This document shows positions 39,339-51,858 of a stretch of 64,000 nt of DNA, piece by piece; within the stretch, counting starts at the first letter, position 1, and every line of letters begins with the position of its first letter. The position numbers and the translations under genes were made by a program. Under the pieces are notes generated by a model. That model had not been told where the DNA came from. It searched no databases and was given only the letters and a program-made list of their open reading frames with translations. The stretch comes from Candidatus Marinacidobacterales bacterium (GTDB taxonomy: Bacteria; Acidobacteriota; Vicinamibacteria; Marinacidobacterales; DATDRI01), in the NCBI GenBank assembly GCA_965219415.1, contig CBDCNP010000001.1:32001-96000 (forward strand), read 5' to 3'.

Positions 39339-41840
39339 TCAGCGGCGCCGCAGGACGAGGCAGGTCATGTCGTCGTCGGCCGCGGTGCCGGCCGAGAAGT
39401 TTCCGATCCGGTCCCAGACATTGTTCACGATGTGCTCCGGCGATTGCCGCGAAGAACCGTCCAGCGTTCCCTCCAGCCGCTCCTTGCCGAACAGCTCGCC
39501 GTTGCCGTTCGTGGCGTCGGTGAGGCCGTCGGTATACATGAACAGTGTTTCTCCCGGCTGAAGGACCTCATGTCCGCTCGAGTAGTCAAAGTCCTCCAAC
39601 AAACCCATCGCGAGTCCGCCGGTCAGGGCGAGCGCCCGCCTGGAGTCGTCGGCACCTATCACAAACGGGGGCTCGTGCCCGGCGCAGACGTAGTCGACCG
39701 CGCCGTTTTCGAGGTTGACCATGGCGAGCATGCAGGTGACGAACATACCCATCGGGTTCTGGCTGCACAGACGGCGGTTCGTGTCCTCGGCGATCGCGGC
39801 GACCTCGGCGGCAATCGTGGCGATATCGGCGCGCCCGAGGAAAGCGGACTTGACCGCCGACTGGGACGCCGCCATGAACAGGGCCGCGGCCACCCCCTTG
39901 CCCGAGACGTCGCCGATGGTGAAGAACAGCATCCCGTCCGACGGCCCCACGACATCGACGAAATCGCCACCCACTTGCTTCGCCGGAGTCATCCGCGCGT
40001 AGGCGGAGAAGGGGCCCAACTCGGCGCCCCCTTCCCGCACCAAAGCGTGCTGCACGAGCTTCGCCATCGCCAGATCCTCTTCCATGGCTTCATGTGCCAT
40101 GCGCAATTGATGGTTGCTATGTTGCAGCTCCCGGGTCCTTTCCGAAACCAGCGTCTCGAGCTGTTCCTCACGGTTGAAGACCTGGACCGTCATGTCGCTG
40201 AAGACGCGCGCCAGGCTGCCGATCTCGTCGGATCTGCGCATCACCGGTTCCATGACGCCGGAATCGGGTTGTTCTCCGGTTTCCACCTGCCGAGCGGCGT
40301 CGGCGATGATTTCGATCGGATGCGTCAGCAATCGCGAGCCGAAGAGCGCAGCCACGGCGGTGAGACCGAGCAGCGCGAACGCAATCAGGGCTGTGTTTCG
40401 CGCTTCGCCGCGCACCGCGAGCGCGATGTCGTCTAGACTGACGGCAACGGCCAGGCCGCCGATCAGGATCCCACCGGTGTTGACGATCGGGGATGCGACC
40501 ACGATGCCGCGGTCATCGGGTGAGAACAGACTCAGACTCGCCCTGCTGACCACGCTTTCCTGGGCCAGCGCATTTTCCATGATCCCTTCGCCGCGGCGCT
40601 CGAAGATCCCCGCCGTGTCGACGATCTCGTCACCGGTTTGCATCTCGGCGCGCGGCGCAACCGCGGCCAGCTCACCCTCGAGATTGACGATCCAGAGCGC
40701 CTGGAGGTTTCGGGAACGGACCAGGATGTCGGCCTGCTGCTGGTAGACCGAGTAGAGCAGGTTGCCCGCACTGCTTTCGATGGGCACGCCGACCTGGATC
40801 AGGCGCGACGAGTCCCGGCTGGCCCTTGTGACGTACTTGTAGACGGTGCCGTCGGAGGCGCGCGGCGATGTCGGGTGCTCGGCCACCGGCTCCAACCCGT
40901 CCAGCAGGGCGCCGAGGTCCTCGAAATGCGGCGTGTCGGCCAGAGACCGGTCCGCCCCGCCGGGAGGGAAATTGGAATAGATTGTGCCGCGCCTGGAGTC
41001 GACGATGCGAATCTCTCCGATGGTGGTGGTGTCGACGATGCGCCGCAGCCGGAGGTCGATCTCTTCGGTCGTCCACTCGGCCGCCTCCGCGGTGGAAATA
41101 AAGTAATCCAGAATCGTGGTCTGCACGGTCATGTGCTGGCCCAGGATACCTTCGATCACGGCCGAGACGTCAGGTCGCTGCGAGGCATAGACATTCCTCA
41201 GGAGCTCCTGATCGCCGAACACCAGAGCATCCCCGACTTGCACGATCCTCGGCTGGTCGACGCCGCCGACGCCGACGTACTTGAAAACCTGTTGGTTGAT
41301 CTCCCGCACCTGCGCCGGCTGCGTGATGAAGTCATCGCCGTCGAGGGGCGCCATCAGCAAAGTGTAGAACTTGGATGCCTGCGGCTGCACCGCGGGATCG
41401 GGATCGAACTGGAAGGGCACCAGCGCGCCGGTTTCATCCCGGACATTAGTGAGATAGGAGAAACCCTGATCGTCGGTGATCCAGAACTCGTCGAGCACCG
41501 TGTCCCGGACGATCGCTTCAAGGATCTCGATGATCCGGGGCGGGTCGTATCCGGCGGCTTCGGCGGCGTCGACCATGTGAGCGACAATGCGCGCCTGGGC
41601 CGTCATCGGCTCGTCGAGCGTGGAATCCAATGTCCGCGCGACATTGGCCAGCGAGATCTCGCCCATTTCGGCAAAGGTTCCCGAAATCAACTCGGCCAGA
41701 TGCACGGCCGCGATTTCAGCTTCGTCGCGCAAGGCCGTCCCGGAATTGTAAAGCAGGGTAGCCGAGGTCGTCAGGATCGCGACCGACAGCAGTCCCGCCA
41801 GGGCGATAAACACGCGGACCGCCAGGCGCAGATCCTTCAT
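39339..41840 (-). CDS. membrane SpoIIE/RsbU PP2C phosphatase with HAMP and duplicated periplasmic sensor region
   Basis: VGGDF, GDVSGKG, YTDGLTD, DDMT; DEIGSLARVF HAMP. Confidence 0.92.
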   Translation of the reverse strand: MKDLRLAVRVFIALAGLLSVAILTTSATLLYNSGTALRDEAEIAAVHLAELISGTFAEMGEISLANVARTLDSTLDEPMTAQARIVAHMVDAAEAAGYDPPRIIEILEAIVRDTVLDEFWITDDQGFSYLTNVRDETGALVPFQFDPDPAVQPQASKFYTLLMAPLDGDDFITQPAQVREINQQVFKYVGVGGVDQPRIVQVGDALVFGDQELLRNVYASQRPDVSAVIEGILGQHMTVQTTILDYFISTAEAAEWTTEEIDLRLRRIVDTTTIGEIRIVDSRRGTIYSNFPPGGADRSLADTPHFEDLGALLDGLEPVAEHPTSPRASDGTVYKYVTRASRDSSRLIQVGVPIESSAGNLLYSVYQQQADILVRSRNLQALWIVNLEGELAAVAPRAEMQTGDEIVDTAGIFERRGEGIMENALAQESVVSRASLSLFSPDDRGIVVASPIVNTGGILIGGLAVAVSLDDIALAVRGEARNTALIAFALLGLTAVAALFGSRLLTHPIEIIADAARQVETGEQPDSGVMEPVMRRSDEIGSLARVFSDMTVQVFNREEQLETLVSERTRELQHSNHQLRMAHEAMEEDLAMAKLVQHALVREGGAELGPFSAYARMTPAKQVGGDFVDVVGPSDGMLFFTIGDVSGKGVAAALFMAASQSAVKSAFLGRADIATIAAEVAAIAEDTNRRLCSQNPMGMFVTCMLAMVNLENGAVDYVCAGHEPPFVIGADDSRRALALTGGLAMGLLEDFDYSSGHEVLQPGETLFMYTDGLTDATNGNGELFGKERLEGTLDGSSRQSPEHIVNNVWDRIGNFSAGTAADDDMTCLVLRRR

Positions 41841-42552
41841 GGGTGCCGCCGGCCGCGGGGTTCTCGATCACTCGCGCCCATGTCCTGTATCATCTTCATT
41901 CACCCCAGGACTAATATGCTGCAACGGGCACGTGCATCCCGCAGCAGCCCCTAGCGAACAAGTAGCCGGATTATACTTTATCTTGCAGCTTCTTTTTCCG
42001 ATTTGGATCGGTTTGACCTTCGCTGACACGGCTACCCGCCGGACAAACAGGAGAAGGCGACCCGGACCGTGCTCGAACAGGCGGAGGTGTTGTCCACTGG
42101 CTGGGCCGCTTGAATCGGTGCAAGAACACCTTCGTCGGGGTACTGTCAAGTTTTCCACGGCCTGACGGCCACACCGAATGAATGAAACGCGATAGTCTCT
42201 GGAGGTGGCACCGGCTCCCTCGAGTGGGTCCATTGGTACAACACGCAACGACTCTTGGAGCCGATCGGAAATGTCTCCCCCGTCGAGTACGAGATGAACT
42301 ACTATCAGTCGCAGGAAGGCTCGCTGGAGATGGCGAGACTCAACTAAAACAGTCTCCGGAAAACCCGGGGCGGTTCAGTCCAATGGTGTTCGAACGGATT
42401 CATGATTTCAAAACTGCTCATGCGAGATAATCAACCTGTCTACTTTTCCTGGGCAAGGTTAAACTATCAGAGAAGCCATTAAGGGTATCGTCTCAAGGGG
42501 AGGACCGTCTATTTCAAAAGGGCCGAGTTTTGACACAGGACGGGAGACTAAC

Positions 42553-42983
42553 AATGAACACTATCAGCACATTAGAGCTTTGTGCCGGAGCCGGCAGCCA
42601 AGCGCTCGGCCTGTTCCAGGCCGGCTCCCTTCGATCTCTTCATCAATAAGGGGGAGAAAGCATGGCCATATGGCTCATTCGTGCCGGTAAGCACGGTGAA
42701 GACGAACAGAAGTTCCAGGACGAAGAAAAAGTGTATGTGATGTGGCACAACCTAGATGTTGACCTCGCCAAGCTGAAGGACCGAAGCGAACTCACCAACG
42801 CGCTGAGAGAACGTTATCCGGATTCCAAGCCGAAAACGATCACGAGTTGGGTGAGCCAAATCTGGCCATTCGCTTCTGAGATAACGAAAGATGATCTCGT
42901 TGTGTTGCCGCTGAAAACTCAGCGCGCTATCCGAATTGGCAAAGTGGTGGGGGATTACCACTTCGAACCCAACGGACCGAACC
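42553..42983 (+). pseudogene. C5 DNA methyltransferase 5' scrap and Mrr-like restriction endonuclease 5' fragment (42662-42983)
   Basis: LELCAGAG..ALGL; MAIWLIRAGKHGE..SQIWPF..DDLVVLP; bounded by A ends at 42542 and 42984. Confidence 0.65.
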
Positions 42984-43088
42984 CGTCCTGTGCCAAAACT
43001 CAGCCCTTTTGAAATAGCCCATAAATCAGCAACTTAGAGTCTGGTTTGCGGCCGTGCCCAGGGCCGAGCACGAACAAACGACGAAATC

Positions 43089-44345
43089 TGAAGTGACCCC
43101 GCTTTCGTGGACAGGTTAAGAGTTAGGGATCAAGCGTCGCGATAGTACCTCCTTTCGAATTGGATAGGCGAGCAATAGTCGATGGCGGAGTGTCGTCGTC
43201 GCGGGTTGTACCAGCCTTCGATGAAATCGAAGGTCGCCATGCGCGCCTCAGCGTGGTAGCGAAACGACCGGCGCTCGATCAGCTCGCACTCGAGCGTCGC
43301 GAAGAAGCTCTCGCACATCGCATTGTCGTAACAGTCCCCGACCGAACCCATCGACGGTCGCACCCCGGCCTCCCGGCATCGCTGGCCGAACGCTAGTGAC
43401 GTGTACTGCGTGCCCTGGTCCGAGTGATGGATGACGTCGCCGGGCTTGCGTTGGAACAGCGCCATGTCGAGGGCGCTCAAGACGAGCGACGTCCGCAGGT
43501 GGGTAGCCATTGCCCATCCGACGATGCGTCGGCTGAAGGCGTCCAGCACGACGGCGAGGAACAAGAAGCCCGACCACGTGGGCACGTAGGTGATATCGGC
43601 GACCCACAGGCGGTCGGGCCGGTCCACCTCGAAATTCCTGTCGACGAGATCGGGGGCGGGACGGGCGTCGTCACAGCGAATCGTAGTGTGCGCCCTCTTG
43701 CGCCGGTGAACACCTTGAATGCCAGCCTCGCGCATCAGCCGCGCTACACGCTTGCGTGAGACGTGGAGCTCGTGTGTCTCTCGTAGCTCGTGGAGGATCC
43801 TCGGCGCGCCGTACGTGCTCCGCGACGCGGTGTGAATCGCCCGGATCTTCTCAAGCAACTCCGCATCCGACACCGCGCGGGCCGACGGGGCACGCTCAAG
43901 CCACGCATAGTAGCCGCTGGCGGAGACGTCCAGCAGTCGGCACATCGTGGCAACCGGTAGTGAATCCTGGTTCGCCCTCACGAATCGGAAGGCTTCGGTG
44001 GTACCGACTCGGTCTCCCGAGCGAACCAGGCCGCGGCTTTTGAGAGGATCTCCCGCTCCAACCGTAGTTGACGGTTCTCCCGTCGCAGGCGGCGGAGCTC
44101 CGCACGCTCCTCACTCGTCAGACCGTCCTGCCTGCGACCCTCGTCGAGATCCGCCTGGTTCACCCAGTTCCGGATCGTCTGGCCCGAGGGCTCAAACTCT
44201 CGCGCCAGCTCTTCGGAGCCGCGGCCAGCTCGCACCAGCTCTACCATTTGGCGCCGGAACTCGGCCGCGTATCTGTTTCCCTGCTTTGACATCGTGGACT
44301 CCTGTCTCCCAAAGGATTAGGTGTCCACGAAAGCGGGTCAAGTCA
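43089..44345 (-). mobile_element. intact IS3-family element (orfA 43978-44292, orfB 43130-43981) with 5-bp TSD AAATC
   Basis: IRs TGAAGTGACCCCGCTTTCGTGGACA / TGACTTGACCCGCTTTCGTGGACA; WVADITY, HHSDQG, DNAMCESFF. Confidence 0.95.
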
Positions 44346-44443
44346 AAATCATGCAGGCATAGTCCCGGCAGATCGGAGACCGATCAGGTTCGGGGCGCGC
44401 GGATGAATAAATAGAAGGCACAGCCGAGTTTTGGCACAGGACG

Positions 44444-44600
44444 ACGTCGTCTACTATCACCACGAGAGGAATCATCAAGGCAAAGAGAATCTGCTGCTGT
44501 TCCCAGCCAGCGACCAGTTACCTCAGTCCGAGCGCAAGGTGCGCTCCCGTGAACGGCTTGGCGGGCTGCTACGTTTCTACCATCGGGAAGCCGCATGAGT
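44444..44600 (+). mobile_element. 3' remnant of a fourth rve transposase family
   Basis: YHHERNHQGK..RERLGGLLRFYHREAA; similar remnant 50070-50237; possible 5' part at 48050-48370 (MEWKTMLSYISGSVDEELL). Confidence 0.65.
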
Positions 44601-44719
44601 ATTTTGACCTCACGGGTTCGGATTGACCGATCGGTCCGCCGCCTGCTAGCCTCCCACGCGATCTACGTCGATCCGGACACAGGGACCCGCATGCGGGGCG
44701 GAGCAGCGGCGGTACGCCA

Positions 44720-45508
44720 TTGAGCAGGACACCCACTTTCGTCGAGCTACGCTCGGCCATTCGCAAGGGAGCGTTCTGCGAAACGACGTCCGGGCTCTGT
44801 CCCGACCGGGTGCAGGCGAATCTGGTGGTGCTGGCCGCGGGCGAAGCGGCCGATTTCCGGCTGTTCTGCGAGAAGAACCCGAGGCCCTGCCCGTTGATCG
44901 AGCAAACCACGCCCGGCGAGCCGGTGCCGCATGCCAGTGCGCCGAGAGCCGATCTCCGCACGGACGTGCCGCTGTATCGCGTCTATCGTCGCGGAGAGCT
45001 CGCCGAGGAGACAACGGATATCTCGTCGCTGTGGCGCGACGATTTCGTCGCTTTTCTGCTCGGCTGCAGTTTCACGTTCGAGACCGCTCTCGCGCGAGCG
45101 GGCATCCCCCTGCGGCACCAGGAAGAAAACAAAGTCGTCCCGATGTACATCACGAACCGCGACTGCGTCGCGGCAGGTGTCTTCCGAGGCCCCCTGGTCG
45201 TTTCGATGCGGCCCATCCAGCAGAGCCAGGTTCCTCGGGTCGTGGAGATTACGTCGAAGTATCCGGACGCCCACGGCGCCCCGGTGCAGTTGGGCAGACC
45301 AGAAGCCCTGGGCATCCGCGACGTCGATAACGTCGACTATGGAGATGCCGTCACCATCCACGACGGCGAGATTCCGGTCTTCTGGGCCTGTGGTGTGACG
45401 CCCCAGGCGGTGGCGGTGCAGGCCAGGCCGGAGTTGCTGATTACCCACGCTCCCGGACACATGTTCATCACCGATCTGGAGAATGTGTGCGCGACCGATA
45501 ATGTATAA
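44720..45508 (+). CDS. putative hydro-lyase, DUF1445/YcsI (D-glutamate cyclase-like)
   Basis: VQANLVVL, NPRPCPL, DLRTDVPLY, GCSFTFE, PVFWACGVTPQ, THAPGHMFITD. Confidence 0.9.
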   Translation: MSRTPTFVELRSAIRKGAFCETTSGLCPDRVQANLVVLAAGEAADFRLFCEKNPRPCPLIEQTTPGEPVPHASAPRADLRTDVPLYRVYRRGELAEETTDISSLWRDDFVAFLLGCSFTFETALARAGIPLRHQEENKVVPMYITNRDCVAAGVFRGPLVVSMRPIQQSQVPRVVEITSKYPDAHGAPVQLGRPEALGIRDVDNVDYGDAVTIHDGEIPVFWACGVTPQAVAVQARPELLITHAPGHMFITDLENVCATDNV

Positions 45509-45606
45509 TTACCAAAACCAATTGCATCTGTACGAGAATGACGCGCATCGGCCTCACCCGTTCTTTCATCCTGTCTCGCCGTCGCCCGCGGCGGGCACGC
45601 AATCCC

Positions 45607-46170
45607 TGTGCTCCGCAAAAAGTCTATCCAGCGGTGATTGCGCGTTTTAGACCTGCCATGGCCGATCTTCTTTTTTGCGGATCACACGCGCCCGAGCCTC
45701 GCCGGGTAGAGTCACCGGCGATGGGCAAAGTCAGTGCCATTCCAAAGGTCGGTGGTCTCCATCATTATTGCACTCGACGCGCTGCTTGAGCCGATCCGCT
45801 CGGAACGGCTGCCGGACTTCGCACCCCGTCCTGTGCAAAAACTCGGCCCTTTTGAAATAGGCCATAAATCAGCAGCTTAGTGTTTGTGTTTGCGACCGGG
45901 CCAAGGGCCTCAGGCTTTAATGTGGTTATATTCAACCCCACTATCATGCTCACAGTCGTAAGTGATTGGGCGGGCTTGCTCCGTTACTACCACCGCGACG
46001 CCGCATAGGAGTTCGGGCGCACCAGTTGGACGGAACGGATGGTCTGGAGGAGAGCTCTGCTCGGGCGCGCCTATCGCAGAGCCAGTGCCGCGTCGGCTGG
46101 TCTCCGCGAATTTCGAGAACGCCTCTAGGGTTCGAGATTTCGGCTCCGTTCGCGTTTTCGGACACGGACG
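45607..46170. mobile_element. MITE D, C-transposase 3' scrap, A end (45827) and B right part (end 46170)
   Basis: Direct matches to other copies in the window. Confidence 0.75.
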
Positions 46171-46183
46171 GGCGTCGCGCTTA

Positions 46184-47437
46184 TTATGAGCAGGTGCCGA
46201 TCGCCCGCTCCACGTCGCGCCCCGACGGACTCTGGAACACTCGCAGGTCGAACTCCGGTACCACCGCTAGCAGGTGGTCGAAGATGTCCGCCTGGATCGC
46301 CTCGTAGCGGCTCCAGACCTGATCGCGGCTGAAGACGTAGACCTCGATCGGGAGCCCGTGCTCGGTTGGCGCCAGCTGCCGGATTAGGAACGTCATGTCC
46401 TGGTGCACCATCGGGTGGTGGCGGAGGTACGCGACGACATAGGCGCGAAACGTCCCGACGTTCGTCAAGTGGCGGCCGTTGGCCAAGCTCGCCGGTTCGA
46501 CCCCGCGCTCCGCGTTCCAGCTTGCAATCTCCTCTCGTTTGGCTTTCAGATAGTCGGCGATGTACTGAATTTTCGAGAAGCGCGCCAGCATCTCCTCGTC
46601 ACAGAAGCGAATGGAGCCGACGTCGATGTAGAGGGCTCGCTTGATGCGCCGGCCACCCGATTCCGCCATGCCGCGCCAGTTCTTGAACGATTCCGCAATC
46701 AGCGCGTAGGTGGGAATCGTGGTGATCGTCTTGTCCCAGTTCTGCACCTTCACTGTCGTCAATCCCACATCGAGCACGTCGCCGTCGGCGCCGTGCTTCG
46801 GCATCTCGATCCAATCGCCCCGCGAGACCATTCGGTTCGCCGACAGCTGGATGCCGGCGACGAAGCCAAGAATGGCGTCCTTGAAGATAAGCATAGTCAC
46901 CGCGCTCATCGCGCCGAGGCCGCTCAACAGCAGCAGCGGCGAGCGGCCGAGGACGAGCGACAGGACGCTGATGGCCGTTACGGCGTACACCACCAGCTTG
47001 AGCACCTGGGCGATGCTCCGCACCGGTAGCTCCCGCGGGAGCCGCGAACCCCGGACGATTTCGATCCCCACGTTCACAACGCTGTCGGCCGCCAGCGCCG
47101 CGATGACGATCATGGAGATGAGCGCCCCCTGCCGCACGACGGCTGTCAGCTGGTCGTATCCGGTGAGCACCGGAGTCGCGAAGTGGTAGATCACCAGCGC
47201 CGGCGCGAGATGTGACACCCGTTGTAACACGCGGTGCTGCATCACGACGTCGTCCCAACTCGAGGTCGTCCGTCGCGCGAGCCGCGCGATACCGCGAACC
47301 ACGACACTCTTGGTGATACGGTTGGCGATCAGGGCGACGAACAGGACGAGCAGGACGCCTCCAAGCTGTGTCAGCAGCGTGGCGCCCGCCTCGCTCATCC
47401 CCCACTTAAGCAGCCAGTCGTGCAGCGGGCTAAGCAC
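46184..47437 (-). CDS. MscS-family mechanosensitive channel (YbdG/MscM-like)
   Basis: GDWIEMPKHGADGDV..VKVQNWDKTITTIPTY..GGRRIKR. Confidence 0.92.
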   Translation of the reverse strand: MLSPLHDWLLKWGMSEAGATLLTQLGGVLLVLFVALIANRITKSVVVRGIARLARRTTSSWDDVVMQHRVLQRVSHLAPALVIYHFATPVLTGYDQLTAVVRQGALISMIVIAALAADSVVNVGIEIVRGSRLPRELPVRSIAQVLKLVVYAVTAISVLSLVLGRSPLLLLSGLGAMSAVTMLIFKDAILGFVAGIQLSANRMVSRGDWIEMPKHGADGDVLDVGLTTVKVQNWDKTITTIPTYALIAESFKNWRGMAESGGRRIKRALYIDVGSIRFCDEEMLARFSKIQYIADYLKAKREEIASWNAERGVEPASLANGRHLTNVGTFRAYVVAYLRHHPMVHQDMTFLIRQLAPTEHGLPIEVYVFSRDQVWSRYEAIQADIFDHLLAVVPEFDLRVFQSPSGRDVERAIGTCS

Positions 47438-48925
47438 GCAACGTCTCCATCATGTGATTTTACGCTACTACTATATCTCTTGGTTGGACCGCTCACTAGA
47501 TGTCGTGGTCTTGTCGTACTCGGCTAGGAAGGTGTCTAGCGCATCCGCAACTTCCTTGCCCCGCGTGTACGCGATTAGCTTCTCGGCCCATCATCTCGTG
47601 GGTCCAGGGCCTGATGCAGCACATGGACGATTGCATCAACATTCTGAGGGGCTTCACAGTCGACCGTCGAGACTTCGACAAGAGCCGCCATGTGAAGGTC
47701 TATCGTCGGGCTGTTGACCCATACCGATCCCACACTGGCAAAGTGGCCGATCGAATCAAGCATCGGCAGGGTCGTCTCACCCTGCTGACTGCCCGACTTG
47801 GCGCAAGCTCTTCCGCAGGGTATTTCGTCGCCGTCGGTCTCGCGGACGGGGGAGTTGGGCCTGATCCTGACATTCATAAGCACGGATTAATGGCGTTCTC
47901 GTTTAACCGCGACCTCCGCTTCCATCTGTGCCACGTCCTCCTGACATCTGCCCGCCTTGCTCAAGCGGTTGAGGGACTAACTGGCGCCAGCCCGGTTGAA
48001 GTCGAACCCGTCCATGACCCACTGACCGACTCAGTATCCGGCCGTCTGGTTAAAATATTCGGACGCCCAGCGGGTCAGCAGTTTGCACCGTTCCAAAAGG
48101 CTGCTTGAATCCGCCATTGCGGTCGGATACGTATTCCAGTTCAGCGGAAGGAGTTGCGATGGAATGGAAGACCATGCTGAGCTACATCTCAGGGTCCGTG
48201 GATGAGGAGTTGCTCCTGCGCAACGAGTATCTTGTGGCCGAGAATCGAGTTCTTCGCAATCAGCCCCAGGGTTGCTTGCGCCTGACCGATGGCGAACGGC
48301 GGTCTCTGGCCGAGCTCGGAAAGCGTCTGGGTAAGCAAGCCCTTGATGAGATCGCAAGTATCGTGAACCCCGTCGTGTCCAAAAACACAAACGAACTCAA
48401 GACCCGCTCGTCGGGACGTTTCGGAATAAACGTGTCTACGCTTGATTCGCCAATGAAAGCTAGAGTCTTCGGTCATGAGCACGCCGGTCCAGCCCTTGAC
48501 GTTGTTGGTCGTCGCCATCGCTGGTTGGCTCCAGCGTGACCAACGGACCGCTATCGTCTACTTGCTTGAGGAGACAAGAGTCTTCACAGCTCTGCTTGGC
48601 GGGAGGAAGCTTCGCCTCACGGACGATCTCCCTCTCATGCCTGTCTGCCCGTCGATACGCGATCTTCTTTTTTGCGGATCACAACCCGCATGGAGAGAGA
48701 AATGGATTCAAACCCAAAAAAACTCAATAAAGATCACAAGACAGATCCTCTCCGAAGTGACCTTAAGGACGGAACCTTCAAGGCGTCCGGGGTTGAGCGT
48801 GTTCCCAAGTCCAAATTTAGGGAGGTTCTCGACCGTCTAAAATATTGGGTATTATACCGAGTATAACCGGATGGTGCTGCTGATTTGTGGTCTATTTCTA
48901 AAGGGCCGAGTTTTGGCACAGGACG

Positions 48926-49826
48926 GGATGCCGAGCTGAACCACCAGAAATGCGAGGTTCGCGACCACGAGCAAGGGAAGGATCGAGAAGCCCTTCTTTG
49001 CGCAGAGCTCACCCAAACGTCCGAACGCCAGGTAGCCGAGGGCCATACCCATCGCCATCGTCATCAAAACGCTAGCAACTTGAACTCGATCGAGGCCGGC
49101 CACATCGCGGAGCCACGGGCCGGCCCACAGGCTTTGAATCGAGAGATAGGCCGCCTCCTGGGCGACCGAGAAGGGTGCGATGCTCCAGAAGACGCGGCTC
49201 GTGAGGATCGATTTCACTCCCTGGAGTGATTCGCCGAGGTCGGGGACGTGCGATGGCACCTTCTTCTCGGGCACCGTAACGAACAATAACCCGGCCGCTC
49301 CCAGTGTCACGACACCCAGAGTAAGGAAGAGGCCACGCCAGTCCATGAAGCGAAGGGCCCACTCGACTGGCAGAGTGGCAGCCAGAGCGCCCGCCGAACC
49401 GACCGCCATGACGGCGCCGTTCAGGAAAGGGACGCGGTGCGAGGGTGCCCAGACGACAAATGCCTTGAACGACGCTACGAGACAGGCGGCCATCCCGAAA
49501 CCGATGAGCGCCCGTCCGAGTATCAGACCCGTCGGGCTCGCGGCTCTAGAGAACACGAATGCGCCGCCGGCGGCCACAACAAGAAGGGCCGCTTCGGTTC
49601 GGCGAGTGCCCCATCGGTCGAGCGCGACACCAATGGGAAGTTGCGAGACGGCGAAAGCGAAAAAGAAGGCGCTGGTGAGAAAACCGATCATCCAGGCGTT
49701 CAGCCCCATCGTTTCGATGAGATTCGGTGCCGCGATCGCGTTCACCGAGCGAAAGACGTGCGACAAGAAATAGCCGGCAGCGAACGGGAGAAAGACGCGG
49801 AAAACGGACATTCGATTCTCGAACAT
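48926..49826 (-). pseudogene. MFS transporter, 3'-truncated by an A end
   Basis: FLPFAAGYFLS, GVALDRWGTRR, GRALIGFG. Confidence 0.85.
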
Positions 49827-50573
49827 CATTATCATGGAGAGCGCAACCATCAAGGGCTGAGGAACGCGTTGCTCGAAGCGGAACAAAGCATCGGCAGTCC
49901 CCACGGGAAGGTGCGATGTCGTAAGCGATTGGGCGGCTTGCTCCGCTATTACCACCGCGCTGCGCGGCAGAGGAGTTCCGGCGCACGAGCTGGACGGAAC
50001 GGATGGTCCAGGAGGAGAGCTTCTGCTCGGGCTCGCCTACCGCAGAGCCCGTGCCTCTTCGGCAGGCCTCCTCGAATTTCACCAACGCCCGTGAGGTCAA
50101 AATACTCATGCGGCTTCCCGATGGTAGAAACGTAGCAGCCCGCCAAGCCGTTCACGGGAGCGCACCTTGTGCTCGGACTTGAGGTAACTGTTCGCTGGCT
50201 GGGAACAGCAGTAGATTCTCCTTGCCTTGATGATTCCCGTCGTGTCCAAAAACACAAACGAACTCAAGACCCACGCGCCGGGCCGTTTCGTATTAGACGT
50301 GTCTACGCTTGGTTCGCCAATGGAAGCTAGAATCCTCGGTGATGAGCACGCCGAGCCAGCCCTTGACATTGTTGGTCGTCGCCATCGCTACATCCATAGG
50401 AATCTGGACCGTGTCTCAGTTCCAGTGTGGCCGTCTGCTCTTTTAGGGCAGCGATACCGTTCTGGTTTGTCAACTTCGTGTAGGGCCATTAGAATAGCAC
50501 CGTTTGAGTATCGCTCGAAGCTCAACCACCTAATACGTCGAGTTAGCTGCAAACGAAAAAGGAGACTTGAGGA

Positions 50574-50891
50574 ATGGCGAAAAAACCCATGACCAAAACC
50601 CAAATCGTGGCTCAGATGTCGGAAACGATGCAGGTTCCGAAGAAGCAGGCCGCTGCATGGTTCAAGTCGATTGCCGATCTCGCGGTAAAGGAAACGAAGC
50701 GAACGGGCCAGTTCGTCATTCCCGGAATCGGAAAACTCGTGAAAGCGAAACGAAAGGCTCGCAAGGGACGCAACCCCCGGACCGGCGAACAGATTCGAAT
50801 CCCGAAAAAGACGGTGGTCAAGTTTCGAGTAGCGAAAGCTTGCCAAGACGCCGTCGTCCCACCGAAGAAGAAGCTCACAAGCGACGCCTGA
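50574..50891 (+). CDS. HU-family DNA-binding protein
   Basis: MTKTQIV..IPGIGKL..ARKGRNPRTGEQIRIP; RBS GAGG. Confidence 0.92.
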   Translation: MAKKPMTKTQIVAQMSETMQVPKKQAAAWFKSIADLAVKETKRTGQFVIPGIGKLVKAKRKARKGRNPRTGEQIRIPKKTVVKFRVAKACQDAVVPPKKKLTSDA

Positions 50892-51060
50892 GAATGTTCT
50901 TACTGATCGACGGATGCACGCCGATGATCTATGCGTAAAAAGCGCACGAGGAATCGGGCAAAGGCGGACACTGAGAAGCCGATGGAAACCAAACCATTGC
51001 AGGTTCCAGAGACCCCACCAATCCGGCCGGAGGTGCCAACGGGGGAGGGAAATGTTGGGT

Positions 51061-51410
51061 TGTGCCTTCTATTTATTCATCCGCGCGCACCGAACTTAAT
51101 TAGTCTTCGGTCTGCCGGCACCATGCCTGTATAATTTCGTCGTTTGTTCGCGCTCTCATCTCTGCTCGTCGTGTCCAAAAAAAGAGAAACCAACTCCAGA
51201 CAGGTGCACCGGGCCGTTTCGGATTAGAGGTGTCTAGGCTTGGTCGGTACGGAGTCGTGTGCTTGTCCCGGGGACGCCCACCCGCATTTGGCGGCCCATG
51301 GCGAGCTCGCGATAGAGGCGTGTCAAGCAGAGATGCGGGTTTCCGTGAATCGTCGAGCGCCGATGGATGATGTTCGACCTCCGTCCACCGGTGGGAGTCT
51401 CGGCCAACAC
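51061..51410. repeat. 350-bp composite module (C end, B end, passenger) duplicated in inverted orientation at 54295-54644
   Basis: Near-identical reverse-complement sequences with the same internal junctions. Confidence 0.9.
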
Positions 51411-51544
51411 GGGCGAACCGGGCGTCCTGCGCGCGCCGGTGACGGTTAGTGCTAGAACGGCAGTCGTGGGAGGCGACAATTCGAACACCCAGACAAGCAA
51501 GCGTCCGCGAGACGGGCTCAACTTCACATAACGAGGAAAGGGAC

Positions 51545-51858
51545 ATGACGGGTGCGCCAATCAAGTGTGCAGCGACGCTCGGATTGGTCGTTTGCATGAT
51601 GGGTGGGGCATCCGCCGCCGCGCAATCCGGTCAGATCGCGGGTGTGGTCGTCGATGCGACCGGCGCGGTGTTACCCGGCGCGACGGTCACTCTGAGTGAC
51701 GCGCTGGGTACACCGCGCGAGGTGCAGGCGGACGCGCGCGGACGGTTCGAGTTTACAGGCCTCGCTCCTGGCACGTACACGGTGATCGTCTCCCTGAGCG
51801 GCTTCGGCGCGGTGACGGTCGCTGGCGTCGCTGTCGAGACCGATCCGGTAGAGTTGCC
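51545..51858 (+). pseudogene. TonB receptor-type N-terminus (signal peptide plus carboxypeptidase-regulatory domain), cut by MITE F
   Basis: AQSGQIAGVVVDATGAVLPGATVTL..GLAPGTYTV..LSGF. Confidence 0.8.
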